Shown here: in pieces, positions 1-12,570 of the stretch | Position numbering within the stretch: the first letter of the stretch is position 1 | How the letters are laid out: every line of letters begins with the position of its first letter | Translations under genes and position numbers: made by a program | Assembly (NCBI GenBank): GCA_030645775.1 | Contig: JAUSLX010000166.1 | Coordinates: 1 to 46,908, forward strand | DNA length: 46,908 nucleotides | Reading direction: 5' to 3' | Origin: Gallionella sp. | Lineage (GTDB): Bacteria > Pseudomonadota > Gammaproteobacteria > Burkholderiales > Gallionellaceae | The notes under the pieces: model-generated | The model's database searches: none | Told to the model about the DNA's origin: nothing | What the model saw: the letters and a program-made list of their open reading frames with translations, nothing else

Positions 1-1361
1 GGATGATGACAGGCATTCCAGCGCTTACCCTCTTCGTCGTACTCGAACATCGGGAAGTCCACCACCCACAAAGGCTCCCATGCGCTGCCGTTGACATGAC
101 CCTTTTCATGGCCGATCTTGCTGCGCAATGCGCCCAGCGCATCGTTGACGACCTTGGCCTTGTCCGCGCCGAAGAAAATGATGTCGCCGTTCGCAGCGCC
201 GGTGCGTTCGATAATGGTTTTCAGCGCCGCTTCGTGCAGATTCTTCACGATAGGCGACTGCAAGCCGGTTTCATTGAGCTGCGCAACGTCGTTGACCTTG
301 ATGTAAGCCAGACCCCGCGCGCCGTAGATGCCGACAAACTTGGTGTACTCGTCGATCTCGCCGCGCGTGAACGCAGCCCCGCCCGGCACGCGCATTGCGG
401 CGATACGACCATTAGCCGAATTCGCCACCCCGGAAAACACCTTGAACGCGACATCTTTCAAGGCATCGGTGACTTCGGTCAATTCCAGCGTCACGCGCAG
501 GTCAGGTTTGTCCGAACCGAAACGCGCCATCGCCTCTGCATAAGCCATGCGCGGGAAAGGATTGGGCAAGTCCACATCCATCGTTTCCTTGAATACCGTG
601 CGTATCAGGTCTTCGGTCAGCGCAGTAATCTGCGTTTCATTCAGAAACGAAGTTTCGATATCGACCTGGGTAAATTCCGGCTGACGATCGGCACGCAAAT
701 CTTCATCGCGGAAGCATTTAGTGACCTGATAATAACGATCGAAGCCTGCCACCATCAGCAACTGCTTGAACAACTGAGGCGATTGGGGCAAGGCGAAAAA
801 TTCGCCCGGATGCACTCGCGAGGGAACCAGATAATCGCGCGCGCCTTCCGGTGTGGATTTGGTCAGCATCGGGGTTTCGATGTCGATGAAGCCGCGGCTG
901 TCCAGAAAGCGGCGGAACGCCATCGCCACCTTGTAGCGCAACATCATGTTCTTCTGCATCTGCGGGCGACGCAGGTCGATCACGCGATGGGTCAGGCGCA
1001 CGGTCTCGGAAAGATTCTCATCATCCAGCTGAAAAGGCGGGGTGAGCGCGGCGTTCAGCACTTCAATCTCGTGACAGAGGATTTCGATTTCGCCGCTGGT
1101 AATGTTGGTATTGGTCGTACCTGCCGGACGGCGACGCACCTTGCCCGTGATGCGCAGCACGAACTCGTTGCGCACCGACTCGGCGATCCTGAACATCTCC
1201 GCGCGGTCGGGATCGCACACCACTTGCGCCAGGCCTTCGCGATCACGCAGATCGATGAATATCACCCCGCCGTGATCGCGGCGGCGATGCGCCCAGCCGC
1301 AAATGCTCACGGTCTGGTCGAGTTGATCGGTATTGAGTGTGCCGCAATAATGTGTACGCAT
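1..1361 (-). CDS. aspS: Aspartate--tRNA ligase (3' end outside window)
   Basis: Minus strand from ATG at 1361 reads MRTHYCG..., with [25 protein letters not shown] and [13 protein letters not shown] motifs. Absent from the ORF track because the stop is off-window. Confidence 0.96.
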   Translation of the reverse strand, partial: MRTHYCGTLNTDQLDQTVSICGWAHRRRDHGGVIFIDLRDREGLAQVVCDPDRAEMFRIAESVRNEFVLRITGKVRRRPAGTTNTNITSGEIEILCHEIEVLNAALTPPFQLDDENLSETVRLTHRVIDLRRPQMQKNMMLRYKVAMAFRRFLDSRGFIDIETPMLTKSTPEGARDYLVPSRVHPGEFFALPQSPQLFKQLLMVAGFDRYYQVTKCFRDEDLRADRQPEFTQVDIETSFLNETQITALTEDLIRTVFKETMDVDLPNPFPRMAYAEAMARFGSDKPDLRVTLELTEVTDALKDVAFKVFSGVANSANGRIAAMRVPGGAAFTRGEIDEYTKFVGIYGARGLAYIKVNDVAQLNETGLQSPIVKNLHEAALKTIIERTGAANGDIIFFGADKAKVVNDALGALRSKIGHEKGHVNGSAWEPLWVVDFPMFEYDEEGKRWNACHH

Positions 1362-1370
1362 GGGTAATCT

Positions 1371-1991
1371 CTAGGAAAAATTGGCTGTATCAGGGCGGTG
1401 CGCGGATTCGGTGTCGGATACCACGCCCATGGAAACAATGGTGCGCAAAGCCACATCCACCGTCATATCCAGCGCGATGGTGTCAGACTTGCGTACGAAA
1501 AAATAGAAACCGTTAACCGGGCTGGGCGTGGTGGGAATAAACACCGCCACATACTCTTCATCAAACTGGCCGGCTACTTCATTCGGCACATTGGTCTGGA
1601 AGGCAAGCGACCAGGAATCAGGATGGGGATAACGTACCAGCAACACTTTGCGGAACGAATTGCCACTGCCTGACAGCAAGGTATCGCTGACCTGCTTTAC
1701 ACCCTTGTAGATACTGCCGACAAAGGGAATATGTAACATCCCCTTCTCGGAAGCGGCCCACAAGCGCTGACCAAAAATATTGCGAATCAGCAAGCCGGTC
1801 AACAGCACGATGGCAAAAGTCAGGATGATACCCAGACCCGGGACGTGAAAGGGCAGCAGATTGTCCGGATGCCAGTGTTCCGGCAGCAACAGCAGCGTCT
1901 GATCCATCGTGGTGATGGTCAGGTTCAGCACCCAGATCGTAATACCGAGCGGAACCCATACCAGCAGACCGGTGACAAGAAATTTTTTCAT
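1371..1991 (-). CDS. DUF502 family membrane protein
   Basis: Two N-terminal TM segments, IPFVGSIY..VKQ and VFIPTTPSPVNG motifs; usual neighbour of aspS. Confidence 0.88.
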   Translation of the reverse strand: MKKFLVTGLLVWVPLGITIWVLNLTITTMDQTLLLLPEHWHPDNLLPFHVPGLGIILTFAIVLLTGLLIRNIFGQRLWAASEKGMLHIPFVGSIYKGVKQVSDTLLSGSGNSFRKVLLVRYPHPDSWSLAFQTNVPNEVAGQFDEEYVAVFIPTTPSPVNGFYFFVRKSDTIALDMTVDVALRTIVSMGVVSDTESAHRPDTANFS

Positions 1992-1994
1992 GGC

Positions 1995-2237
1995 TCAGGA
2001 ATTAGCCACCGGACAGGAGGCTGCACTGCCGCAAGGCGCACACTCTGCTTTGGTCGGGTTTTTGAAGTCGGTTGCGTAATAACCGTTACCCTTCAACTGA
2101 AAACCGGGTGCCGTCAATTGTTTGGCAAAGGTTTCCTTGCCGCATTCCGGGCAAACACTGAGCGGATCATCACTCATTTTCTGCATCACGTCTTTTTGCA
2201 AGCCGCAACTGGAACAACCGTAAGCGTAAATAGGCAT
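1995..2237 (-). CDS. FmdB-family zinc-ribbon protein
   Basis: MPIYAYGCSSCG...CPECG...FQLKGNGYYATDF; start taken at MPIY (2237). Confidence 0.9.
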   Translation of the reverse strand: MPIYAYGCSSCGLQKDVMQKMSDDPLSVCPECGKETFAKQLTAPGFQLKGNGYYATDFKNPTKAECAPCGSAASCPVANS

Positions 2238-2272
2238 AATCTCTTCCTGCAAATTAATTTTGAAAGTCGCGC

Positions 2273-2278
2273 ATTATA
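2273..2278 (-). promoter_or_regulatory. Putative sigma70 -10 box (TATAAT) for fmdB-DUF502-aspS
   Basis: Minus strand TATAAT followed by GC-rich GCGCG about 35 nt before the ATG. Confidence 0.45.
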
Positions 2279-2400
2279 CATTAGTGATACCGCTTGCCGC
2301 GCATCCCTAAAAGGCATTTCATCCGCTGCATGCAAAGCATATCGGCAAATCTCTGCGTTAAATATAGCCACTTCCGCCACTTCGACAGACTCAAGCCGTG

Positions 2401-2406
2401 TATAAT
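2401..2406 (+). promoter_or_regulatory. Putative sigma70 -10 box (TATAAT) for rhlE
   Basis: TATAATGCGCGCG 130 nt upstream of the TTG start; -35 box not convincing. Confidence 0.45.
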
Positions 2407-2535
2407 GCGCGCGCCCTGCGTAAAACCAATCAGCGTAGCGGCCCCTTAAAACCCCCGATCTCTTCGATCACACTATACGTCTGCCCCGATTGGTGCCGCT
2501 CTGCTTGAGCGTCAGGCCGTCGCAGGAGCCAAGCT

Positions 2536-4068
2536 TTGCCAAACACAACTACCTCATTACCTAATGAAATCACTTTTGCCAGCCTGAATCTGGCAGAGCC
2601 CTTGATGCGCGCCATCGCCGATGCAGGCTACACGCAACCCACACCCGTCCAGAAGCAGGCGATTCCACTGGTGCTGGCCGGTGGTGATTTACTGGCCGGC
2701 GCGCAGACCGGCACCGGCAAGACCGCCGGCTTTACCCTGCCGGTATTGCATTTATTGAACAGCAAGCCTGCCGCAAATCCAGGCGCGGGTCGTCCGCGCT
2801 GCCTGATTTTGACCCCGACGCGTGAACTCGCCGCTCAGGTGGAAGAGTCGGTACAGACCTACGGCAAATACCTGTCGCTGAAATCGATGGTCATGTTCGG
2901 CGGTGTGAACATCAATCCGCAAATCAAATCGCTGCGCGGCCAGGTGGACATTCTGGTGGCCACACCCGGACGCCTGCTCGATCATATCGAGCAAAAGACG
3001 CTGGACCTGTCTGCCGTGGAAATTCTGATACTGGATGAAGCCGACCGCATGCTGGACATGGGCTTCATCCGCGACATCAAGAAAATCCTCGCGCTGCTGC
3101 CCAAAAAACGCCAGAACCTGCTGTTCTCTGCGACGTTCTCCGAAGAGATCAAGACCCTGTCCGACGGGCTGTTGAACAATCCCGGTTTTGTCGAAGTCGC
3201 GCGCCGCAACACCACCTCGGAACTGGTCACACAGAGTGTGCATATGGTGGCGCAAAAACTCAAAAGCCATTTGCTCTCCCATCTGATCAAACACAATGAC
3301 TGGAAGCAGGTGCTGGTATTTACCCGCACCAAGCACGGCGCAAACCGTCTGGCTGAAAAACTGAATGCTGACGGCATTGCCGCTGCCGCGATACACGGCA
3401 ACAAGAGCCAGTCGGCGCGCACCAAGGCGCTGGCGCAATTCAAGGACGGCACGATGCCGGTACTGGTTGCGACCGACATCGCCGCCCGCGGTCTGGATAT
3501 TGACATGCTGCCGCATGTGGTCAATTTCGAACTGCCCAATGTGCCGGAAGATTATGTACACCGCATCGGTCGTACCGGGCGCGCGGGCAGTAATGGCGCT
3601 GCGATTTCACTGGTGGACAGCGAAGAATTGCAGCACCTGAAAGACATCGAACGCCTGATCAAGACGCAGATTCCAAGAGTCGCGATCGACAGTTTCGTGC
3701 CGCCGACACATATCCCCGCTGAAGCCCCTCGCCCGCCCCGCCCGCAGCACGGCCAGAGGCGCCATAGCAATACCACCGCCGGCAACCGTCCGCCGCGCGA
3801 GGGACAAGCGCCGAATCGCGCACCACGCGAAGGACAAGCACCGCGCAATCCTGATGCAGCCAAACCCCGCCAGCCGCGCGCACCGCAATCTCGCGAACCA
3901 CAAGCGGGACAACCGCGCTCAGGACAAAAACCTCGCGCACCACAATCAGCACCGAAGCCACAATCTGCACCGAAGCCACAACCCTTACTGTCTGAAGCGG
4001 CGCGCCATCAGGCCATGCCTCAGCCAGCCCTGTTTTCACCCAGGCCGGCGGTACGACGCGGCAAATAG
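2536..4068 (+). CDS. rhlE: DEAD-box RNA helicase RhlE-like, with disordered Pro/Arg/Gln-rich C-tail
   Basis: Q motif [34 protein letters not shown]; TTG start with AGGAG RBS. Confidence 0.92.
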   Translation: MPNTTTSLPNEITFASLNLAEPLMRAIADAGYTQPTPVQKQAIPLVLAGGDLLAGAQTGTGKTAGFTLPVLHLLNSKPAANPGAGRPRCLILTPTRELAAQVEESVQTYGKYLSLKSMVMFGGVNINPQIKSLRGQVDILVATPGRLLDHIEQKTLDLSAVEILILDEADRMLDMGFIRDIKKILALLPKKRQNLLFSATFSEEIKTLSDGLLNNPGFVEVARRNTTSELVTQSVHMVAQKLKSHLLSHLIKHNDWKQVLVFTRTKHGANRLAEKLNADGIAAAAIHGNKSQSARTKALAQFKDGTMPVLVATDIAARGLDIDMLPHVVNFELPNVPEDYVHRIGRTGRAGSNGAAISLVDSEELQHLKDIERLIKTQIPRVAIDSFVPPTHIPAEAPRPPRPQHGQRRHSNTTAGNRPPREGQAPNRAPREGQAPRNPDAAKPRQPRAPQSREPQAGQPRSGQKPRAPQSAPKPQSAPKPQPLLSEAARHQAMPQPALFSPRPAVRRGK

Positions 4069-4077
4069 CGAATGCTG

Positions 4078-4132
4078 GCTGAGTGCTGAGTGCTGAGTGC
4101 TGAGTGCTGAGTGCTGAGTGCTGAGTGCTGAG
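4078..4132 (+). repeat. Heptamer tandem repeat (GCTGAGT) x ~8
   Basis: Seven perfect copies plus one 6/7 copy, starting 10 nt after the rhlE stop. Confidence 0.97.
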
Positions 4133-4284
4133 CATAGTCAGCCTGACAGCTTGCCTGCTATTTTATTGCAACTTATTGATTTAACTAAATATTATATTAT
4201 CTCAGGCAACAGGCGCTTCCTTCCAAAAACACCTATTGAGGAGCGCCGTGCTTGGCTCATTCCGTTTGAATGCCACGATCCCGC

Positions 4285-5631
4285 CTATTTTTTCGCCCTA
4301 TTCTCTTCTTTTTTGCCAAACAGCCCCTCAGCCCAGGCACCGACTTTCGCACCCACCGAAGTGCCGACCCCCGGTCCCAGCAAGACCGTACCTATCGCCG
4401 CACCCGTCATGGTTCCGGCAGTTGGATAGAGCAAGGGTGCAGCAACCGTTCCCGCGACGTTGAGTGGCACACCGACGCTGGCTCCCATCACGCTTACCTG
4501 AGCGTTAATACGCCCGGACAGTTCTTTTTTCGGCGAAACATTTACCTGTCCGTCAACGGCCAAGGCACCCGAGGCAATTTTGAGTCGCGTGAAACGGTGA
4601 CTGCCGCCTTCACTGACGAGATACCCGGACAAGTTATCGAAGCGCGTTTCGCCACCCGTTGCGCCTTGTTTGCTGAGATGAGTGGCGGCTTTCTGAATAT
4701 CGACGCCGTGCAGCACACCGTTCTGAACGTTAAAAACCGTTTTCAGCCGCAACGCTTTCACAAGCTGATCTGCTGATGTCGCCGACGCAAAGAACAGCGG
4801 TTTGGCACTGAGCTTGCCACTGATACGAGTTTTGGATGACAGCATGGGAACAATTTTCTGCAGCTCCACCCGATTGATGTCGAAATTGCCATTGAGCCGC
4901 CACCCTTTTTTCCAGCTGAGGGTCGCCCGGCCATCGGCCATGCCGCCATAGAGTCTGGCGTGCACCGCACTCAAATTGACCTCACTGAGCGTCGCCACCC
5001 CCTTGACAAGCAACTCGTCGAACACGAGAGCTGGCCCGAGCGGCAAAGTCCATGATTTTGCGCTGACCTCAAACGGATAGCTGGCCCCGTCAGACTTGAT
5101 GAATACCTTGAGCCGGCCGTCCTGTGCGGTAATGGATGCGTCCTGCGGTTCACCCTTGCTGTTAATGTTTACGCGTGCATCAAGGGGGCCAAAACTCACC
5201 TTGCCTGAATTAACCCACACACTATTGAGGTGTATGCTCTCTACCCTGACTTGCGCCGCATGGTCCGCGTTGTCCGCATTGATCCATGCCGGAATTTTGC
5301 CGATCACCTGCTGCGTCAGAATCAGCGTATCAATCTCGATACGCTTGATGACCCGGGTAGTCTGAAATAATGAATAAATATCCGGCGTTACCCGCACCCG
5401 GTCGAGCTTGAGGTCATGGTTCTTGCCGACCGTAATGCCGCTAAGCATGACATGCGGCAATGGCCATACGGAAAGCCGGATGCTTTCTATCGTTACCGGC
5501 TCTTTGAGTCTGTCCGAGGCGACTTTCTCGATCTGCGGAAGGTAATCGTTGAGGGTAATTAAAAACGGCAGCGCCGCCGCAATTACCAGCAGCAACGCAA
5601 GCGCAATCAGTATGCGTTTAAGCCATTTCAT
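4285..5631 (-). CDS. AsmA-family protein
   Basis: N-terminal membrane anchor, beta-rich body, LYGG and NGVLHGVD..GGETRFD motifs, C-terminal glycine-zipper-like segment. Confidence 0.75.
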   Translation of the reverse strand: MKWLKRILIALALLLVIAAALPFLITLNDYLPQIEKVASDRLKEPVTIESIRLSVWPLPHVMLSGITVGKNHDLKLDRVRVTPDIYSLFQTTRVIKRIEIDTLILTQQVIGKIPAWINADNADHAAQVRVESIHLNSVWVNSGKVSFGPLDARVNINSKGEPQDASITAQDGRLKVFIKSDGASYPFEVSAKSWTLPLGPALVFDELLVKGVATLSEVNLSAVHARLYGGMADGRATLSWKKGWRLNGNFDINRVELQKIVPMLSSKTRISGKLSAKPLFFASATSADQLVKALRLKTVFNVQNGVLHGVDIQKAATHLSKQGATGGETRFDNLSGYLVSEGGSHRFTRLKIASGALAVDGQVNVSPKKELSGRINAQVSVMGASVGVPLNVAGTVAAPLLYPTAGTMTGAAIGTVLLGPGVGTSVGAKVGAWAEGLFGKKEENRAKK

Positions 5632-5739
5632 AGCATGCTCAGATAGCCAAAATCGTAACGTGTCCCTACGTTTTTCATCATCCCCTCCTTCAACGCTAAC
5701 CCAGCCGGGCCAAGCCGCCCCTGCGGGCGGCAGGTAAAA

Positions 5740-5879
5740 TTAACGTGAAACTCGCGTAGCGATTCGTTTGCCCTTTCCCTCGCTCGCGTGGGGGAGAGCG
5801 TAGCGAGGGGGTAATTGGAAAGGGGGAAACGGGCATGACGAGTTTCATTATTTAGGGTGGCAACTTGCCATGCCCGTTA
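5740..5879. mobile_element. MITE-like palindromic element, copy 1 (copy 2 at 26751-26873)
   Basis: Shares TTAACGTGAAACTCGCG..AGCGA and AACGGGCATG.CG.GTTTCATTAT...GGGTGGC...GCCATGCCCGTT with copy 2; ends on the rluE stop codon. Confidence 0.7.
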
Positions 5880-6413
5880 GACCAGGCGCCACCCCCCCTG
5901 CGCCATGTTATCCAGCGTCCATTCACCGATACGATAGCGTATCAGGCGCAGGGTGGGGAAGCCGATTGCAGCAGTCATGCGACGTACCTGGCGGTTCTTG
6001 CCTTCCCTGATAGTCAGTTCCAGCCAACTGGTCGGAATGGCACGGCGCTCGCGAACCGGCGGATTACGGCACCAGAGATTGAGCGGTTCATCCATCAGAT
6101 TCACCCCGGCAGGCTGGGTAGTAAAATCAGACAGTCTGATCCCGGTGCGCAACTTATCAAGCGCTGCCTGATCCGGAACACCTTCCACCTGCACCCAGTA
6201 GGTCTTGGGCAATTTGTGTCTGGGATCGGTAATGCGATGTTGCAACTGGCCGTCGTCAGTCAGGACCAGCAGACCTTCGCTGTCGGTATCCAGCCTTCCG
6301 GCGGGATAAAATTCGGGAAGGGGGATATAATCGGCCAGCGTCGGATGCAAGCCATCGCGGCTGAACTGGCAGATCACGCCATACGGTTTGTTGAACAGCA
6401 GGATGCGTCCCAT
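5877..6413 (-). CDS. rluE: rRNA large-subunit pseudouridine synthase E
   Basis: FNKPYGV, AGRLDTDSEGLL, EGKNRQVRRMTA motifs; divergent from icd. Confidence 0.9.
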   Translation of the reverse strand: MGRILLFNKPYGVICQFSRDGLHPTLADYIPLPEFYPAGRLDTDSEGLLVLTDDGQLQHRITDPRHKLPKTYWVQVEGVPDQAALDKLRTGIRLSDFTTQPAGVNLMDEPLNLWCRNPPVRERRAIPTSWLELTIREGKNRQVRRMTAAIGFPTLRLIRYRIGEWTLDNMAQGGWRLV

Positions 6414-6484
6414 TTGAGTTCCAAATTATTTTAAGCGGGCATTTTACCGCGTCTACTGGGTGGCTAAACCATGATAAACGGTGA

Positions 6485-8746
<2,262 letters not shown>

Positions 8747-8754
8747 GCAGCTAT

Positions 8755-8786
8755 AAAAAAGCCCGGCACGAAAGCGCCGGGCTTTT
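8755..8786. terminator. Bidirectional intrinsic terminator between convergent icd and csp
   Basis: AAAAAAGCCCGGC-acgaaagc-GCCGGGCTTTT. Confidence 0.88.
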
Positions 8787-8803
8787 AAACAAACAACTGC
8801 CGA

Positions 8804-9007
8804 TTAAGGCGCCTGAATGTTGGAAGCTTGCTTACCCTTGGGACCTTGTACCACGTCAAACGTGACTTTCTGGCCTTCTTTAAGGGACTTGAAACCGCTC
8901 ATATTGATTGCAGAAAAGTGTGCAAACAGGTCTTCGCTGCCATCATCAGGAGTGATAAAACCGAAGCCTTTTGCGTCGTTAAACCATTTAACTGTACCAG
9001 TTGCCAT
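8804..9007 (-). CDS. Cold-shock domain protein (CspD position, divergent from clpS)
   Basis: [29 protein letters not shown] motifs. Confidence 0.95.
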   Translation of the reverse strand: MATGTVKWFNDAKGFGFITPDDGSEDLFAHFSAINMSGFKSLKEGQKVTFDVVQGPKGKQASNIQAP

Positions 9008-9242
9008 GTGATCGTTTCCTTACCAAGAAAATACGGGACCCCCCGCGAAACTGTTTGAATCTAAGACCGCACACGGCGAAACCAGTACTGCAGACACTTT
9101 GAATCAAACGCCAGTGTGCTTTTTACTCTTACTTAAGCGGATTTGTCAAATGGTTAATGTTATTTTTTAGAACAGACTTGAAAAAGCATCGCTAATCGTT
9201 GAGCTTAACAGCTCTATAAGTGTCAGAATGCTCACAGAAAAT

Positions 9243-9551
9243 ATGACCCAAAAACATGACAGCAGCACCGTACTCGCGCCGGAGCGCGCCCGCACCAAGC
9301 TTCCCGGCATGTACAAAGTAATTTTATATAACGACGATTACACGACGATGGAATTTGTCATTGAGGTGTTGCAGCGTTTTTTTGCTATCAATAACGAACG
9401 CGCGCAGCAACTCATGCTCCAGATACACAATGAGGGATCGGCGATTTGCGGGATTTATACACGCGACGTGGCCGAGACCAAGGTTGTCCAGGTAACAGAG
9501 TTTGCACAACAACACGGGCATCCGCTACGATGCGCCATGGAGGAAATTTGA
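9243..9551 (+). CDS. clpS: ATP-dependent Clp protease adaptor ClpS
   Basis: [21 protein letters not shown]; directly upstream of clpA. Confidence 0.95.
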   Translation: MTQKHDSSTVLAPERARTKLPGMYKVILYNDDYTTMEFVIEVLQRFFAINNERAQQLMLQIHNEGSAICGIYTRDVAETKVVQVTEFAQQHGHPLRCAMEEI

Positions 9552-9552
9552 A

Positions 9553-11805
9553 ATGATTGCGCAAGATTTGGAAGTGAGTTTACACCTGGCTTTCGTTGAG
9601 GCACGCCAGAAACGCCATGAGTACATTACCGTGGAACATTTGCTGCTAGCCATGCTGGATAATGCCTCCGCCGCCAATGTGCTGCGCATCTGCCACGCAA
9701 ATATCGAAGAATTGCGTCAGGCAGTCACGGAATTCATTGATAGCAACACCCCGGTTGTTCCAGGCGAGAGCGATATGGACACTCAACCGACATTGGGATT
9801 TCAACGCGTCATCCAGCGCGCCATCCTGCACGCGCAATCTGCCAATAAAAAGGAAATTTCCGGCGCCAACATTCTCGCCGCCATGTTTGGCGAAAAAGAC
9901 TCGCACGCAGTACATTTCCTCACTCAACGCAATATCAATCGAATCGACGTGGTGAATTACATCGTCCACGGCACAGGCAAGGAAACGCAAACCAGTACCG
10001 CACCGGCACAGGGAGAGTCCGTGGCGGAACAACCCGCTGGCGAGGAAAGTGCCCTGAAACATTACACTGTGGATCTCAATGCTCAGGCTTTGGCCGGCCT
10101 GATAGACCCGCTGATTGGCCGCGAACCGGAACTGGAACGCGTTATACAAACGCTGTGCCGTCGCCGCAAGAACAATCCCCTGCTGGTCGGTGAAGCGGGT
10201 GTGGGCAAGACGGCGATAGCCGAGGGCCTGGCGCGCCGCATCGTCGAAGACAATGTGCCGGATATTCTCAAGGATGCGCGTGTCTATGCGCTGGATATGG
10301 GCGCTTTGCTGGCCGGCACGAAATACCGTGGCGATTTCGAGCAACGTCTTAAAGCGGTGCTTAAAGAATTGAAAGACGCCCCCAATGCCGTATTGTTCAT
10401 AGACGAAATACATACCCTGATCGGCGCAGGTGCGGCCTCAGGCGGCACCATGGATGCCTCCAATTTGCTCAAACCCGCCCTCTCCAACGGCGCGCTAAAG
10501 TGTATCGGTGCAACCACTTATCAGGAATATCGCGGTATTTTTGAAAAGGATTCCGCGCTGTCGCGCCGCTTCCAGAAAGTAGACGTGCCGGAGCCATCGG
10601 TAGAGCAGACCATAGCGATCCTGAAGGGTCTGAAATCGCGCTTCGAGCAACACCACAGCATTAAATATAGCGCGGCGGCCATCAACAGCGCCGCAGAGTT
10701 ATCCGCGCGCTTCATCAATGATCGCCATCTGCCGGACAAGGCGATAGATGTACTCGACGAGGCGGGGGCTGCGCAGCGCATCCTACCCAAATCCAGGCAG
10801 AAAAAGGTCGTCGGCAAGCACGAGATCGAAGAGATCATCGCCAAGATTGCCCGCATCCCCACGCGCACCGTGTCGCACGATGACCGCAATACGCTGAAGA
10901 CCCTGGAACGCGACTTGAAAGCGGTGGTATTCGGCCAGAACAAGGCGATTGATACACTGGCGACTGCCATCAAAATGTCGCGCAGCGGCCTCGGCAATCC
11001 GCAAAAGCCCATCGGCAGCTTCCTGTTCTCCGGCCCTACCGGCGTCGGCAAGACTGAAGTGGCGCGCCAGTTGGCCTATGCGATGGGCATGCCGCTGCAC
11101 CGCTTCGACATGTCCGAATACATGGAACGCCATGCCGTCTCGCGCCTGATCGGCGCACCACCGGGCTATGTCGGCTTCGACCAGGGCGGACTACTGACCG
11201 AAGCGATCAGCAAACAACCCCACTCCGTATTGTTGCTGGACGAAATCGAGAAAGCCCATCCGGACATTTTCAACATCCTGCTGCAAGTGATGGATCACGG
11301 CACGCTCACCGACAACAACGGACGCAAGGCAGACTTCCGCAATGTGGTCATCATCATGACCACCAATGCGGGCGCGGAAGCCTTGAACAAGTCGCAAATC
11401 GGCTTCACCAAGACCGCCACAGCGGGCGACGAGATGGCAGACATCAAGCGCATGTTCACCCCGGAATTCCGCAACCGCCTGGATGCCATCGTTTCGTTCG
11501 CCGCACTCGACACGGACGTCATCCTGCGCGTGGTGGACAAATTCCTGATCCAGCTTGAAGAACAGCTGCACGACAAGAAAGTGGATGCCGTCTTTACCGA
11601 TGCGCTCAAGGCGCATCTGGCCGAACACGGCTTCGACCCGCTGATGGGCGCCCGCCCCATGGCGCGCCTGATTCAGGACACCATACGCTCCGCGCTGGCC
11701 GACGAACTGCTGTTCGGCCGTCTGGCGAGCGGCGGCAAGGTCACCGTGAATGTAAAGGACGGTCAGGTGGTGTTGGAGTTTGAAGAAGAGGCCGTAGCTG
11801 CATAA
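9553..11805 (+). CDS. clpA: ATP-dependent Clp protease ATP-binding subunit ClpA
   Basis: Two AAA+ modules ([16 protein letters not shown]), [24 protein letters not shown]-domain; start at MIAQ. Confidence 0.96.
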   Translation: MIAQDLEVSLHLAFVEARQKRHEYITVEHLLLAMLDNASAANVLRICHANIEELRQAVTEFIDSNTPVVPGESDMDTQPTLGFQRVIQRAILHAQSANKKEISGANILAAMFGEKDSHAVHFLTQRNINRIDVVNYIVHGTGKETQTSTAPAQGESVAEQPAGEESALKHYTVDLNAQALAGLIDPLIGREPELERVIQTLCRRRKNNPLLVGEAGVGKTAIAEGLARRIVEDNVPDILKDARVYALDMGALLAGTKYRGDFEQRLKAVLKELKDAPNAVLFIDEIHTLIGAGAASGGTMDASNLLKPALSNGALKCIGATTYQEYRGIFEKDSALSRRFQKVDVPEPSVEQTIAILKGLKSRFEQHHSIKYSAAAINSAAELSARFINDRHLPDKAIDVLDEAGAAQRILPKSRQKKVVGKHEIEEIIAKIARIPTRTVSHDDRNTLKTLERDLKAVVFGQNKAIDTLATAIKMSRSGLGNPQKPIGSFLFSGPTGVGKTEVARQLAYAMGMPLHRFDMSEYMERHAVSRLIGAPPGYVGFDQGGLLTEAISKQPHSVLLLDEIEKAHPDIFNILLQVMDHGTLTDNNGRKADFRNVVIIMTTNAGAEALNKSQIGFTKTATAGDEMADIKRMFTPEFRNRLDAIVSFAALDTDVILRVVDKFLIQLEEQLHDKKVDAVFTDALKAHLAEHGFDPLMGARPMARLIQDTIRSALADELLFGRLASGGKVTVNVKDGQVVLEFEEEAVAA

Positions 11806-11851
11806 ACATGCAACTATCAAAATAAAAACAATTACATATGGAGCACGCCCC

Positions 11852-12072
11852 CAACGCCCCTGAGAGCCGCCGAAAATATTCCGAAAAAAGCGGTGATTTT
11901 AGGCGAGCACTGTTTGAGCTCCGAGTGTTAACGAGGGCGAGTTGCGCAGCCCCGCCTGTTTTCGGACTATTGAGGGTACGACGCAGGCGCGGCGAACCGG
12001 GGTCGCCTTCTTTTTGGTTACTTTTTCTTGGCGATGCAAGAAAAAGTAACCAGCCGCCGGGCTGCCCCCGGC
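11852..12072. repeat. ~220-bp structured palindromic repeat or possible ncRNA
   Basis: Nested stems: AATATTCCGAAAAAAGCGG/CCGCCTGTTTTCGGACTATT, GGTTACTTTTTCTTG/CAAGAAAAAGTAACC, GCCGGG/CCCGGC. Boundaries approximate. Confidence 0.6.
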
Positions 12073-12105
12073 AACAATCAAACTTGAGTATCACAAGAAA
12101 ATTCG

Positions 12106-12567
12106 ATGGAAAACTCTTTTCAGCGCATAGGTGAAAAAGCAAACGCAGATGTCGGGCGGAAGTTTGAACTTTGCGCGCAATCTTATTTCGCAGCGCAGGA
12201 CGTTAACCTTGAACTCAATCACAAGGTTAGGGTTGGCATCGAAGGTGGAATTAAGAAGTTCCATGCTTTCGACCTCGGCTGTAATGAGAAAAAGATTCTC
12301 GTTGAGTGCAAATCCCATCGCTGGACAACAGGTAACAACGTCCCCAGCGCAAAGTTAACGGTCTGGAATGAGGCCATGTATTACTTTCACCTAGCCCCTC
12401 GCAATTTCAGGAAAATCATGTTTGTTCTTCATCACTGTAACAACCAAGGAAAAAGCCTTGCTTCTTACTACTGGGATAAATACAAACACCTAGTGCCCAA
12501 CGATGTTGAACTCTGGGAATACGATGAGCAAAAGAAGATAGCGATTCAAATAAATCCACCGCATTAG
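12106..12567 (+). CDS. Hypothetical protein with PD-(D/E)XK (restriction-endonuclease-like) motif
   Basis: GRKFE ... HAFDL ... ILVECK pattern; AT-richer codon usage than the flanks. Confidence 0.6.
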   Translation: MENSFQRIGEKANADVGRKFELCAQSYFAAQDVNLELNHKVRVGIEGGIKKFHAFDLGCNEKKILVECKSHRWTTGNNVPSAKLTVWNEAMYYFHLAPRNFRKIMFVLHHCNNQGKSLASYYWDKYKHLVPNDVELWEYDEQKKIAIQINPPH

Positions 12568-12570
12568 GCA

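Noticed and set aside
3-1367. 454-aa plus-strand ORF
   Set aside because: Antisense shadow of aspS, whose motifs are on the minus strand.
3659-4135. ORF starting MLSTQHSALSTQHSAL
   Set aside because: Translation of the heptamer repeat, antisense to rhlE.
9177-9215. Sigma32 promoter for clpS (CTTGAAA)
   Set aside because: No CCCCAT-like -10 at the expected spacing.
11741-12142. ORFs 11838-12134 (+), 11741-12142 (-) and 11899-12081 (-)
   Set aside because: They read through the palindromic element; no protein-like features.
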